Virus record (IMG/VR): IMGVR_UViG_3300020048_000012
Origin: a virus
Strand: one strand, 5' to 3'
Length of the DNA stretch: 64,000 nucleotides
Below the pieces are notes generated by a model. The model saw only the letters and a list, made by a program, of their open reading frames with translations, ran no database searches and was not told the DNA's origin. The position numbers were made by a program, and so were the translations under genes. This document shows, one piece after another, positions 20,302 through 29,740 of this stretch; position 1 is the first letter of the stretch; every line of letters begins with the position of its first letter.

Positions 20302-23300
20302 TTAGGCCTTACTTGGGCGATAAATGCCAACAATAGTTTTATGCTTTGGACTTATGCCATTTGGATAACTTATTGTTACCAAGCCTCCTGTTGGATTATT
20401 GTTACTGACTTTTCCACCACCCTGATTTCCACCGACGCATGTTATGTTGCCATTGTCTAACACGTCATACACGAAATTTACATGACTATATGACCATACG
20501 ACGATGTCGCCAGGCTGAGGGTCAGTGACTTTAGTCGCCTTCCATTTGTCAGTTTTATCACGAATGTCATATGCCCGAGCTGTTTGTACATATCTATAAT
20601 TGCATTGTTTTAAAGTCCAATTTACGAACCCAGCACACCATGCAATCTGATCGCTTGTGAATTGTGGGAATCCTAGATCTTTCCACATAGCGATAATATT
20701 TGGATTGCTCTTGCTCGAATTCATGCCCATTTCTGACCAATGTCCTTCTTTTGCTAACGCCAATTGCTTTTTCAGGAATTCCTGAATATCACCAGACGTT
20801 GCGCCGGATGGCGGCATTGCTATCGCCGCTTCGCCAATATCAATTTGAGGTGGACGCTCTGGATTTACGCCCGCTGCCTCTGCCTCTGCATTATAATATT
20901 TCGATGGATTGTTTTTAAATTCGGCGATCGCTGTGTCGTTTTGACTCAATAGTTCTACTTTCAATTCTACTGGTGGAGCAGGACGAACTGGAGTTTGCAA
21001 AATATCGAATGTGTCGCCCTTAGTACCAATGATACTAGGCGCTACTTTAGTGAGTGGGATCATTGGTGCAACGTCTGATGCTACGACAGACGCGCTTACG
21101 CTTGATCCTTGCTGACCTCTAAATTGAGTGCCATCTACATTGACGTTTCCACCTGACGCTTTAATGTGCTGAGTTGCGCCAGTCATTAACATATCGCCAT
21201 CAGTTTTAACTGAATAAGCGCCAACAGAAGAAGTTTGTATTGTTGCTCCAGCTTTCATAGTCACTGCGCCATTTACTTGAGTAGAACTTACTCCAGTCAC
21301 CGACTTTGCGAAATTCCCACTAGTTTGAATTGCTTCATTTCCTGTTATAACAGTATTCGTAGATCCACCGACAGTTGTGTTATAGTCACCATCGACTTTT
21401 ACATTAAAGTTTCCACCGACTGACAAATTGACGTCTGTTGCGCACCCGATATCGACCTGCGCATGAAACGTCGCAGTGGTCGCTCCATTCACCTCTACAT
21501 CAGCGTCACCTTGCACCAAGATATTTGCCGAATTGCCAATAAAAATATTGCATCGACCTTCGATAGAAATAAATCCATTTCTATCAATTACAGTGTATCC
21601 ATCACCGACGATTTTATTAACTTGCGTGCCATTCGCGTCAACGTCGATAAATGTGCCTTTACGATGATACAATCCTACGTTTTCATGACCAGGCGTATCA
21701 TCGAATGTTTGTACGTGACCGGACTCGGTTTCATATACTTTAGAATATGGGTACTGCCCGCCAAATGGAGCAAGTGGTTGTTCCCACGTACCGCCAGCCC
21801 CATTAGCTGTAGCAATGCCAACAGTTCTAGATTGATCTTTGAATGCTATAGCAGTTTCTTTAATGACGCCACGACTCAAACGATTTGTATCGGGTTCATC
21901 GAGCAAATTGCGTAAAGGATATTTTCCAGATGGGTCTTTAAATCCAACTACTGACGTATCGGATCTATCTTCTAAAAGAGCTTGTTGTTTAGTTTGAGGC
22001 AGACCAGCAACTTCTTCTTGCGTATATGTTCTTTGTTCATCGACTGTTGGTTTATTCGTTGAATCTGTTATGACGCCTTGACCTAAAAAGTATTGATAGA
22101 ATATAGATTTCTTTTCTTTGCCTGATGCAGCGCCTCCTGTTCTTTTGAGCGCAGCGGCGAAATATCCAGGACTATTGATGTCATGCTTTACGTTTAATTT
22201 GTAAAACATTGCAGTGCATAGTGCCGACGTATCAATATCGTTAATAAGAATATCAGGATTAGTCGATATTGGTGCATCTATTCCGAGCTTCTTAAGTTCT
22301 CGTTCTAATTGTTCGTATAAGGCTCGGCCAGTAATTTGATTAAACCCACGGCCATAAAACATGGCGCCATCGTTTGGTAACTTATTGCCAGCGCCACGCC
22401 CGTTTTTATAATCTGGACTATAGATTAATTTGAAAAAATCTGCTCTAGAACCTTTCCAGCGTGCATATTCATCTGCTTTAGTTGGCTGTGATGCAAACAC
22501 TCCTGAAAATATTTTGCGCAATGCATCAGCTGAGTAACTATAACCTTCTTCTACTGGCAACCAATCAGACTCGCCGCCGCATATCGCTAACACTGCGCAT
22601 TTTGCGTATTTAGAAGTAAGCCCAACTTTATCGCATGCACTTATTAGCGCTGCAATAGATTTTCTCTTTTCCGCTAATTTAGAAGACGCGTACTTGCTGG
22701 GCGGGTCTAGTGGAATACCCTTTGTTAGAACTTCATCTGCTGCCTTAGATGGCTCTGGCTGAGCTGTGATCTTTGCATCTTCTGCTTTTACAATTTGAGG
22801 CGTTATAGTAGGTTTACTTGTATCTGTCGTGCCAATCGCTGGAGATTTTGAGCTTATTGCTGCAGCCAATGGATTTACACCAAGATCAAATCCAATGTTT
22901 TTGGCGATGTCATTTATGATGCCGCCCAACACATTTGTGGCAATTCCAACACTTACTGTCGACCCATCACTTGACACGACGGGTTGACCGGATGAATCTA
23001 CTAAAACGCCACCATCTGTTGCAAGACTATCCGAATTATCGATAACTCGCTCTGATGCTTTGCTTTGTGGGATTCCGCCAATCGTACCAATCATAATTGG
23101 CATTTGCAACTCTTCGTCATGGAACATGATGACAACCCATGTTCCAGGAACAGGCCCAACTGGTGTCCAGCCAATGCCATTAATCGCAGCTGAAGTAATT
23201 GGTTGTAATGGAAACGCCCAAGGCAAATCTGATGTTGGAAGTATCGTCTTATCTTCGGTGTGCAAACCAACTATTCGAACAAGGCACCGGCCTAGTTTCA

Positions 23301-23349
23301 ATGGATCGTCGCGAGATTCTACTACGCCTGTATATAAATTTGTGCTCAT
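20302..23349 (-). CDS. gp5: Baseplate hub/central spike gp5 with GH19-like lysozyme and C-terminal CHAP-like domain
   Basis: 1015 aa; OB fold GVVESRDDPLKLGRCLVRIVGLH; YGRGFNQITGR (GH19-like); YPYSKVYETESGH and beta-helix repeats; terminal AWCAGFVNW...PGDIVV..SHVNFV...GGNQ. Confidence 0.9.
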   Translation of the reverse strand: MSTNLYTGVVESRDDPLKLGRCLVRIVGLHTEDKTILPTSDLPWAFPLQPITSAAINGIGWTPVGPVPGTWVVIMFHDEELQMPIMIGTIGGIPQSKASERVIDNSDSLATDGGVLVDSSGQPVVSSDGSTVSVGIATNVLGGIINDIAKNIGFDLGVNPLAAAISSKSPAIGTTDTSKPTITPQIVKAEDAKITAQPEPSKAADEVLTKGIPLDPPSKYASSKLAEKRKSIAALISACDKVGLTSKYAKCAVLAICGGESDWLPVEEGYSYSADALRKIFSGVFASQPTKADEYARWKGSRADFFKLIYSPDYKNGRGAGNKLPNDGAMFYGRGFNQITGRALYEQLERELKKLGIDAPISTNPDILINDIDTSALCTAMFYKLNVKHDINSPGYFAAALKRTGGAASGKEKKSIFYQYFLGQGVITDSTNKPTVDEQRTYTQEEVAGLPQTKQQALLEDRSDTSVVGFKDPSGKYPLRNLLDEPDTNRLSRGVIKETAIAFKDQSRTVGIATANGAGGTWEQPLAPFGGQYPYSKVYETESGHVQTFDDTPGHENVGLYHRKGTFIDVDANGTQVNKIVGDGYTVIDRNGFISIEGRCNIFIGNSANILVQGDADVEVNGATTATFHAQVDIGCATDVNLSVGGNFNVKVDGDYNTTVGGSTNTVITGNEAIQTSGNFAKSVTGVSSTQVNGAVTMKAGATIQTSSVGAYSVKTDGDMLMTGATQHIKASGGNVNVDGTQFRGQQGSSVSASVVASDVAPMIPLTKVAPSIIGTKGDTFDILQTPVRPAPPVELKVELLSQNDTAIAEFKNNPSKYYNAEAEAAGVNPERPPQIDIGEAAIAMPPSGATSGDIQEFLKKQLALAKEGHWSEMGMNSSKSNPNIIAMWKDLGFPQFTSDQIAWCAGFVNWTLKQCNYRYVQTARAYDIRDKTDKWKATKVTDPQPGDIVVWSYSHVNFVYDVLDNGNITCVGGNQGGGKVSNNNPTGGLVTISYPNGISPKHKTIVGIYRPSKA

Positions 23350-24623
23350 TTAGTAATGCTCATAATTATAGAATTCTTAATTAATTCCATACCGCACGTA
23401 TGGCTTTCTTTTGTAATTATATGACTTATCGCTGATACGAGATATCGGCCTGATAAAATCTCATCTACATGAGTTTCACTTTGTTCTCGAGTAATTTGAG
23501 TCGCCTTTGGGATTCTTAATTCAACGACTTGTCCTATAGTATAATCTGTTCTGCCGAGAACTTGAACATTGACTTTATACTTTTGTAAGTTTTGAAAGAA
23601 TGACATTCTATTTTGAACAGTATCATAGTTTGTGACATCGGCGAAATTTGTATAATTCGAATGATGACGACCCATGACAATAATTGAACTGGCTGGATTT
23701 ACGATAACATGATTTGAAAACGATTGATTCTTATTGAGCAACGTCGCTGGGGCGCCCTTATCAGTCTTAAGATTAAAATCGCGAATATTATATTGTTTAG
23801 TGACAAGATCATGACTAATTATTCGCGATTTTAGACGACCACTTTGAATATCTTCCATATAATCTGTTAATACTGGCACGTCAAGTTCCAATATTCGTTT
23901 ATAGTCTTCTTCGATGTTTCTAGTTGCTGACACGCCATTTTCGCTATCAGGTGTGCGACTATAATTGTCTTTGATAAATGTACTATATGTTGGAGCTTTC
24001 AATAATTCATCGATCGATCGAAAATTAAATCCATATCTATTTTCATAAAACAGATAAGTCGCAGACTTATCATTATTAATTGCATTAGTGGCAAGAAAAT
24101 TTAAACATTTACTAGGAGACCAGAACGATGCAGTGAATGCAGTTTTATTTGATGCCTTCTCAATAAAAACTTGCTTTTTTGTATTTAGCCCAGTGTTGGT
24201 GAATAAGACGGTTGCAATGTCAGCGCAATTGCCTTTAAATGTTTGACTTAATTTTCTATTAGAGTCTATCAACCATTCTTCGGATATCGCTTTAAGTGTA
24301 TATGCAACCTCGCGCTCTTTAGTATACAATCTGTCAGTAATTTTATAGATGTAAAATGTACCCTTAATTCCATTTTTTAATGTAGGTGTTTTAATATCAA
24401 CATCAATGTACTCTTCGCCGATGAATGGAAACAAATTAAGGTAATCAACAGATTCGCACATCACAATAGATAACGTCATAAATGGCGAAAACAAATCTTC
24501 ATACACTTCAATAGACATAATTTGCGCAGCGATATTTGCAAGATTTCCATTTAATGAACGCAACACAACCTTTTCAAGTTTTACATCACCTGCGAATCGT
24601 AATACTGATTGACTATCTTGCAT
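23346..24623 (-). CDS. Baseplate hub protein (gp27-like)
   Basis: 425 aa between gp53 and gp5; YLFYENRYGFNFRSI and SGRYLVSAISH motifs of phage hub proteins. Confidence 0.55.
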   Translation of the reverse strand: MQDSQSVLRFAGDVKLEKVVLRSLNGNLANIAAQIMSIEVYEDLFSPFMTLSIVMCESVDYLNLFPFIGEEYIDVDIKTPTLKNGIKGTFYIYKITDRLYTKEREVAYTLKAISEEWLIDSNRKLSQTFKGNCADIATVLFTNTGLNTKKQVFIEKASNKTAFTASFWSPSKCLNFLATNAINNDKSATYLFYENRYGFNFRSIDELLKAPTYSTFIKDNYSRTPDSENGVSATRNIEEDYKRILELDVPVLTDYMEDIQSGRLKSRIISHDLVTKQYNIRDFNLKTDKGAPATLLNKNQSFSNHVIVNPASSIIVMGRHHSNYTNFADVTNYDTVQNRMSFFQNLQKYKVNVQVLGRTDYTIGQVVELRIPKATQITREQSETHVDEILSGRYLVSAISHIITKESHTCGMELIKNSIIMSITK

Positions 24624-24624
24624 A

Positions 24625-25380
24625 TTACCCCATTATTTCGCGATATTCGCGAAGAACTTGTTCAATTAGTGTCGGCGAAATTAATTTAATACGACGTTTC
24701 TTTTCATTTTCGTTGATCTCAAATTCATAATTAGTTATTGGCGTGTAATTTTCATTTAAATCATACCCATTATTTGGAATATTGAAATTAGCAAGAGTAG
24801 TATATACAACAGTTCCGCTATCAGCATCTGTTCGCACTCCATTTAATGAGCATAATTGGCCAGCTTCAAATCTACCAAAGTCTATTTGCACAATAACAGT
24901 ATTCGTCGTGTAATCTAATGACGTAATGCGAGAATTAGAATTTGGCATAGATATGATAAAATCATTTACTTTAGCGATATTCATTATATTCACAGGCAAT
25001 TTGATTGTCGCGATTGCTTCTTCATACACGCCATCTCGTTCATAATGATGCACATCGTATATGTTATCAACGCCATATGTGTTCTTAATATGCTGATCTA
25101 ATTCATTAGTCGTCAATGGAAAATCTGCAAGATAATCGTATCTCTGATTAACCAGCATAATGATCCAATGGTACTCGGCATTCCCATAAATTTTCTCCGA
25201 AATTATCTCAGGCGTTTCGCCCTCTTTAATATCATACTCGTCGTATAATGTTATATTTTCGAATGCGGTTTTTCTAACTCGCACATTAGCGGTTATGTCG
25301 GTGAGCACTTGTAAAAATGTGTCATCGCCAGCATAATTTGGAAAGTCGTAATATATACGAGGAAATTGTGAGAAGTACAT
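24625..25380 (-). CDS. gp53: Baseplate wedge subunit gp53
   Basis: MYFSQFP...YDIKEGETPEIISEKIYG..EYHWIIMLVN LysM-like motif. Confidence 0.88.
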   Translation of the reverse strand: MYFSQFPRIYYDFPNYAGDDTFLQVLTDITANVRVRKTAFENITLYDEYDIKEGETPEIISEKIYGNAEYHWIIMLVNQRYDYLADFPLTTNELDQHIKNTYGVDNIYDVHHYERDGVYEEAIATIKLPVNIMNIAKVNDFIISMPNSNSRITSLDYTTNTVIVQIDFGRFEAGQLCSLNGVRTDADSGTVVYTTLANFNIPNNGYDLNENYTPITNYEFEINENEKKRRIKLISPTLIEQVLREYREIMG

Positions 25381-25397
25381 AATTTGTTGCTCTATAA

Positions 25398-26564
25398 TTA
25401 CATGTATTTTTCGATTGTTTCTTTAGAAAGAAGAAGCAATTCTTTGAATGTCATAGTAACGTTAATTTGTGTTGGCATGCCATCATCGAATGTAGTAAAC
25501 ACACCATTAGGCGTGTAATTGACATTCATTTCAGTAAGAACACATGATGTATGACGGTGAATATTTAAGTTTTCTTTATTCTTAAAGTAGTATGTAATAT
25601 CAAATTCAGATGGATAGATATAAAGAAATGCGTCTTTCGTTGTAAACTCTGGGTGCATATGATATTTGAATGCACGAATTATGTTCATTACGTTTGCAGC
25701 CTCAGTCGATGATTTTGGTGAAAACTGATAGTCAAATGTAAAAGTGCGAAAGTCTACTTGATTGAATGCCTGCTCTTTCTTTGGATTTGCAGCGAGACCT
25801 GCCATAACACCTGCAGTTTGGCCACCTGGTCCTGCTTGCAGCGCCATTGCACCAATCACCTCGGCCGCTAGTCCAACTGGTTTCATTTTATCCCCTCCGT
25901 CAAAGGCTGCGCCAATTTCTTTGGCGCCTTTAGCAAAGGCTTGGATCATTTGCGTATCAACTTCACCCCAATTGGCCGAATATCGTGCGTTTAATTGATT
26001 TGGAATATATAATGCAATTGCAGACTTAAGTCTTTTTTGTGGACGTGTGAACGTTGGCGCTTTATCTTCACCCGGCTTAACGTCACCGCTATTTGCATTG
26101 AGCTCGATTGCACCGACTCCTGCTGCGCCTAATAGACCACCGACAGCTGAAAGCTTGTTGCCTCCAAGAATAGCACCAACGCCCGCGCCTGCTAGGCCTG
26201 CACCTATTCCAACTTGAGTGGCGCTGAGTTTTTCGCCCAATATAGCAGCTCGACCATCTCTTGTCACATTTTCTACAACATCTGTTGTTTCGCCACGAAC
26301 AACTCTAGAATCAGTCGCAACGTTTATATAGAAAATTACGCAATTTCCGCCATATTGATTATTGGCGGATGACATCAAATCTTCTGGATATGATAACCCG
26401 AGTGAAGAATACTTAGAGTCGATACCTTGCGCATCATATCCAAACTTTGCTGTTGCCCCACTATTTGTAGAACCTTTCGTGCTTAATGGAATTCGACGAT
26501 CTTCCATAAGACTGGAATTTACTCCAGTGTACGACTTATTGATTGCATTTTGTGATTCTGGCAT
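25398..26564 (-). CDS. gp48: Baseplate tail-tube cap gp48
   Basis: IALYIP, ANPKKEQAFNQVDFRTFTFDYQFSPKS..EA..V..II..FKYHM.P, CVLTEMNVNYTP. Confidence 0.88.
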   Translation of the reverse strand: MPESQNAINKSYTGVNSSLMEDRRIPLSTKGSTNSGATAKFGYDAQGIDSKYSSLGLSYPEDLMSSANNQYGGNCVIFYINVATDSRVVRGETTDVVENVTRDGRAAILGEKLSATQVGIGAGLAGAGVGAILGGNKLSAVGGLLGAAGVGAIELNANSGDVKPGEDKAPTFTRPQKRLKSAIALYIPNQLNARYSANWGEVDTQMIQAFAKGAKEIGAAFDGGDKMKPVGLAAEVIGAMALQAGPGGQTAGVMAGLAANPKKEQAFNQVDFRTFTFDYQFSPKSSTEAANVMNIIRAFKYHMHPEFTTKDAFLYIYPSEFDITYYFKNKENLNIHRHTSCVLTEMNVNYTPNGVFTTFDDGMPTQINVTMTFKELLLLSKETIEKYM

Positions 26565-26576
26565 GACTGCGTTCCA

Positions 26577-26584
26577 TATAAATA
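26577..26584 (+). promoter_or_regulatory. T4-type late promoter TATAAATA (gp4-gp29 operon)
   Basis: Exact consensus in the divergent gp48/gp4 intergenic region. Confidence 0.75.
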
Positions 26585-26614
26585 TACTATAACTATTCTA
26601 TTTATTCATTTTTC

Positions 26615-27040
26615 ATGAAATATTATCAAGGTCGATACAATGTAAAGAACAAAGAGAAGTACGCAGGAGACTTCACTAATGTCATTTATAGATCGTCTTG
26701 GGAATTAAAATTCATGAATTGGTGCGACAATAATCCAAACGTGATTAAATTTTCTTCAGAAGAAATTATCGTGCCATACGTATCACCTTTAGATGGAAAA
26801 GTGCATAGATATTTCGTAGACTTTAAAATCGTAACTGCTAATAATGAAACGTTTTTAGTAGAAATAAAACCAGAAGCGCAAACGATGCCTCCAAAAGGAA
26901 CAAAAAAGACGCGCAGATATCTTACAGAGGCGTCAACGTATATGGTTAATCAGACAAAATGGGAATACGCTACTCGTTATGCTGAAGCACGTAATTGGAA
27001 ATTCATTGTGCTAACAGAAAAACATTTAGGCATTAAGTAA
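26615..27040 (+). CDS. gp4: Head completion nuclease gp4
   Basis: KYAGD...IYRSSWELKFMNWCDNNP...SSEEIIVPY.SPLDGKVHRYFVDF, LVEIKP. Confidence 0.93.
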   Translation: MKYYQGRYNVKNKEKYAGDFTNVIYRSSWELKFMNWCDNNPNVIKFSSEEIIVPYVSPLDGKVHRYFVDFKIVTANNETFLVEIKPEAQTMPPKGTKKTRRYLTEASTYMVNQTKWEYATRYAEARNWKFIVLTEKHLGIK

Positions 27041-27615
27041 TGGCACAAGATCTACAGAAAATATTTGATAAGTATAAGTACGATAGTACAATTGAGACTA
27101 AGTCTAAGACTTGGTTTCAACAACAGGCTTTGTTGCTTTCTAAAAAGAGAATCAATGATAAGCGTCTATTCAGTGAGCAAAAGACGACAACTCGCATGAT
27201 TCCTGGAAATTTGTATATGTTTATATACGACCCGAAAATGAAAGAAACGCTGCCGTATTATGATACGTTTCCTCTCATATTTCCTTACGCGGTGACGAAA
27301 GAAGGATTTATGGGATTAAATATGCATTATTTGCCGTATTTTCAACGGATACAATTGATGTCGAGATTAATGACATTTGCGACAAATAAAAATTACGATG
27401 AAAACACGCGTATCAAATATTCATGGAGTTTAATTGCAGGCGCATCTAAGTTTGCAGTCGCGGCAAATTGCATTAAGCACTATTTAGCAGATCATGTTCG
27501 TTCTCCGTTCATCGAAATCCCAGCGACACAATGGCATACATGCATGATGCTTCCTGTCGAAAGATTCGTTGGAGCGAATAAGAAAACAGTATGGGGAAAT
27601 TCAGTAAGAGTATGA
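27040..27615 (+). CDS. gp2: DNA end protector gp2
   Basis: YMFIYDPKMKETLPYYDTFPLIF, GFMGLNMHYLP, CIKHYL..HVRS. Confidence 0.92.
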   Translation: MAQDLQKIFDKYKYDSTIETKSKTWFQQQALLLSKKRINDKRLFSEQKTTTRMIPGNLYMFIYDPKMKETLPYYDTFPLIFPYAVTKEGFMGLNMHYLPYFQRIQLMSRLMTFATNKNYDENTRIKYSWSLIAGASKFAVAANCIKHYLADHVRSPFIEIPATQWHTCMMLPVERFVGANKKTVWGNSVRV

Positions 27616-28367
27616 GCACATTAAAAGAATTTATTTCACAAATACGAGATGGTATGGCTCGACCAAATCATTTCTCTGTTGAATTGACTTTGCCACAAAT
27701 ATTAGCGTCAGATGATCTGATTAAGCCTAAAATGAATAAGATCATGCTATTTTGCGAACAGGCTCAATTGCCGGGCGTATCATTTACGTCTGCTCAGATT
27801 AGATCATTTGGCGAGTTTAAAGAAGTGCCATATGAAAAACTATATGAACCCGTATCGCTTACATTTTACGTAGATTCTGACTTAACAGTTAAGCGATTAT
27901 TCGATAAATGGATTAACGCAATTCAAGACACAAGCAAAAGAACATATCGATATCCAGACGAATATCTGACAAAGTCTATCACCATATTTGTACACGACAT
28001 TGAAAATAATAAAAAATACTCATGTGAATTACATGACTGCTATCCAAAGGCCGTATCGCCAATTCAATTGGATTATAACGCAAAAGATGTGATGCGTTTA
28101 CAGGTTCAACTTTCATATAAGTACTTTACAACAGATCAAGAGTTTTCTTCTGCAGAAAAAGACAAGAATAAGCTTGGAGGATTTAACATTAACGATATTG
28201 TTAACAAGGCTGAAGAAAAACTTATGAACTATGGACATGAATTGGCGAGTAGCGCAATTCCAAGTAATTATTTTACGGCGTTCGATGAATTCCAAGAATC
28301 TCTTGGTGATAGAATAGAAAACACAGGATCTTACATAGGTTCATCAATTGACGACTTTTTAGCATAG
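27612..28367 (+). CDS. gp54: Baseplate-tail tube initiator gp54-like
   Basis: Start at MSTLKEF (overlaps gp2 stop); ARPNHFSV, CEQAQLPG, PYEKLYEPVSLTFYVD tube-fold motifs. Confidence 0.75.
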   Translation: MSTLKEFISQIRDGMARPNHFSVELTLPQILASDDLIKPKMNKIMLFCEQAQLPGVSFTSAQIRSFGEFKEVPYEKLYEPVSLTFYVDSDLTVKRLFDKWINAIQDTSKRTYRYPDEYLTKSITIFVHDIENNKKYSCELHDCYPKAVSPIQLDYNAKDVMRLQVQLSYKYFTTDQEFSSAEKDKNKLGGFNINDIVNKAEEKLMNYGHELASSAIPSNYFTAFDEFQESLGDRIENTGSYIGSSIDDFLA

Positions 28368-28374
28368 AGATTAT

Positions 28375-28791
28375 ATGAATATAGATGATAACTTAAGCGA
28401 AACGTTTGGCATTGAACGTATTCAAAATAGTCAAATAATAGATAGAACGGGCGAAGTCGTTCCACCTCGTGACGACGCACTCGATCATGATTATAACACT
28501 ACTCGCGATAACTTGCATAACTTGCTTGAACAGGGCAAAGATGCGCTTGTTGCAGCAATAAGTATTGCAAAACAATCTGAGCATCCTCGAGCATTTGAAG
28601 TCGTTGGCGGATTAATGAAAAATATCGCTGACATTAATCATCAATTGTTAGATTTGCATAAAAAGAAACACGCTTTAACGGGCACTCCATCAGAAGAAGC
28701 GAAGACAAACTCAGTGACTAATAATGCAATTTTTGTTGGCAGCACTGCTGAATTAAGCAAGATGCTCAATGATCTTCGTAAAGACAAATGA
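28375..28791 (+). CDS. gp16: Terminase small subunit gp16
   Basis: DYNTTRDNLHNLLEQG, SEHPRAFEVVGGLMK, NNAIFVGSTAELSKML. Confidence 0.85.
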   Translation: MNIDDNLSETFGIERIQNSQIIDRTGEVVPPRDDALDHDYNTTRDNLHNLLEQGKDALVAAISIAKQSEHPRAFEVVGGLMKNIADINHQLLDLHKKKHALTGTPSEEAKTNSVTNNAIFVGSTAELSKMLNDLRKDK

Positions 28792-28808
28792 TTTGAAAAG
28801 GAATTAAC

Positions 28809-29522
28809 ATGGCATTACCAGTAATTAAAACACCGACGTATGAATTAGTCGTACCATCCACTAAGCAAAAAGTTAAGTATCGACCATTTTTGGTAAAAGA
28901 AGAAAAGGCTCTATTAATTGCGCAGCAAAGCGAAGATCACCAAACGATGTTCGACACGCTAAAAAGTATCGTTGATGCATGCACATTTGGTAAAGTAGAC
29001 ACAAATAAGTTAGCAACGTTTGACATTGAATATATTTTTCTTCAATTGCGAGCTAAGTCGGTTGGCGAAATTTCAGAATTAGTATTTTCTTGCTTGCAAT
29101 GCGGAGATCCAAAAGCAAAGATCAATGTGTCAATTGATCTAACTAAGATTAAAGTCGTGTTCAATGATGAACATGTATCTGATATTCAATTGTTTGGCGA
29201 CGTTGGAATTCGAATGAAGTATCCAAATATGACAACTGTGAATGCGCTAAAAAACATTAATAGCAGTGAGGTCGAAGGCGCATTTGATCTTATTGTTCAA
29301 TGCATCGATTGTATTTATGACGCAGACAGTGTGCATGTTGCAGCAGAACAGACAAAAAGTGAATTGGAAGAATTTATTAATAATCTAACTCAATCGCAGT
29401 TTGAAAAGATTAGGCACTTTTTCGAGACTATGCCTAAATTGGAAAAGGTCATAGATTTCAAATGTCCAGTATGTGGATTTGAACATACACAGGTTATAGA
29501 AGGCCTCGACGGTTTTTTCTAA
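28809..29522 (+). CDS. gp26: Baseplate hub assembly protein gp26
   Basis: MALP..TPTYEL.VPST.QKVKYRPFLVKEEK.LLIA, DIEYIFLQLRAKSVGE, ends EGLDGFF. Confidence 0.9.
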   Translation: MALPVIKTPTYELVVPSTKQKVKYRPFLVKEEKALLIAQQSEDHQTMFDTLKSIVDACTFGKVDTNKLATFDIEYIFLQLRAKSVGEISELVFSCLQCGDPKAKINVSIDLTKIKVVFNDEHVSDIQLFGDVGIRMKYPNMTTVNALKNINSSEVEGAFDLIVQCIDCIYDADSVHVAAEQTKSELEEFINNLTQSQFEKIRHFFETMPKLEKVIDFKCPVCGFEHTQVIEGLDGFF

Positions 29523-29701
29523 TAAGCCTGTGTCATGATAACTTAGCAAATTATTATAAAATGAATTTCGCGTTATTGCAATATCACAAATATTCGTTGA
29601 GCGACATTGAAGATATGATTCCATTTGAGCGCGAGATTTACGTCGCAATGTTACAGCAGTATTTGGAGGAAGAACGCCAGAGATTAGCTAGTAAGAATTG
29701 A
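29513..29701 (+). CDS. gp51: gp51-like baseplate hub assembly domain, probably reached by -1 frameshift from gp26 (first ATG at 29561)
   Basis: Manual translation: FFLISLCHDNLANYYKMNFALLQYHKYSLSDIEDMIPFEREIYVAMLQQYLEEE; not in ORF track. Confidence 0.8.
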   Translation, partial: FFLISLCHDNLANYYKMNFALLQYHKYSLSDIEDMIPFEREIYVAMLQQYLEEERQRLASKN

Positions 29702-29740
29702 TGACACAGGAATAATACAACAATAAAGAGTAAAGACAAA

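Noticed and set aside
29385-29648. 87-aa minus-strand ORF
   Set aside because: Antisense to the gp26 end and the gp51-like frame, which carry the conserved motifs.
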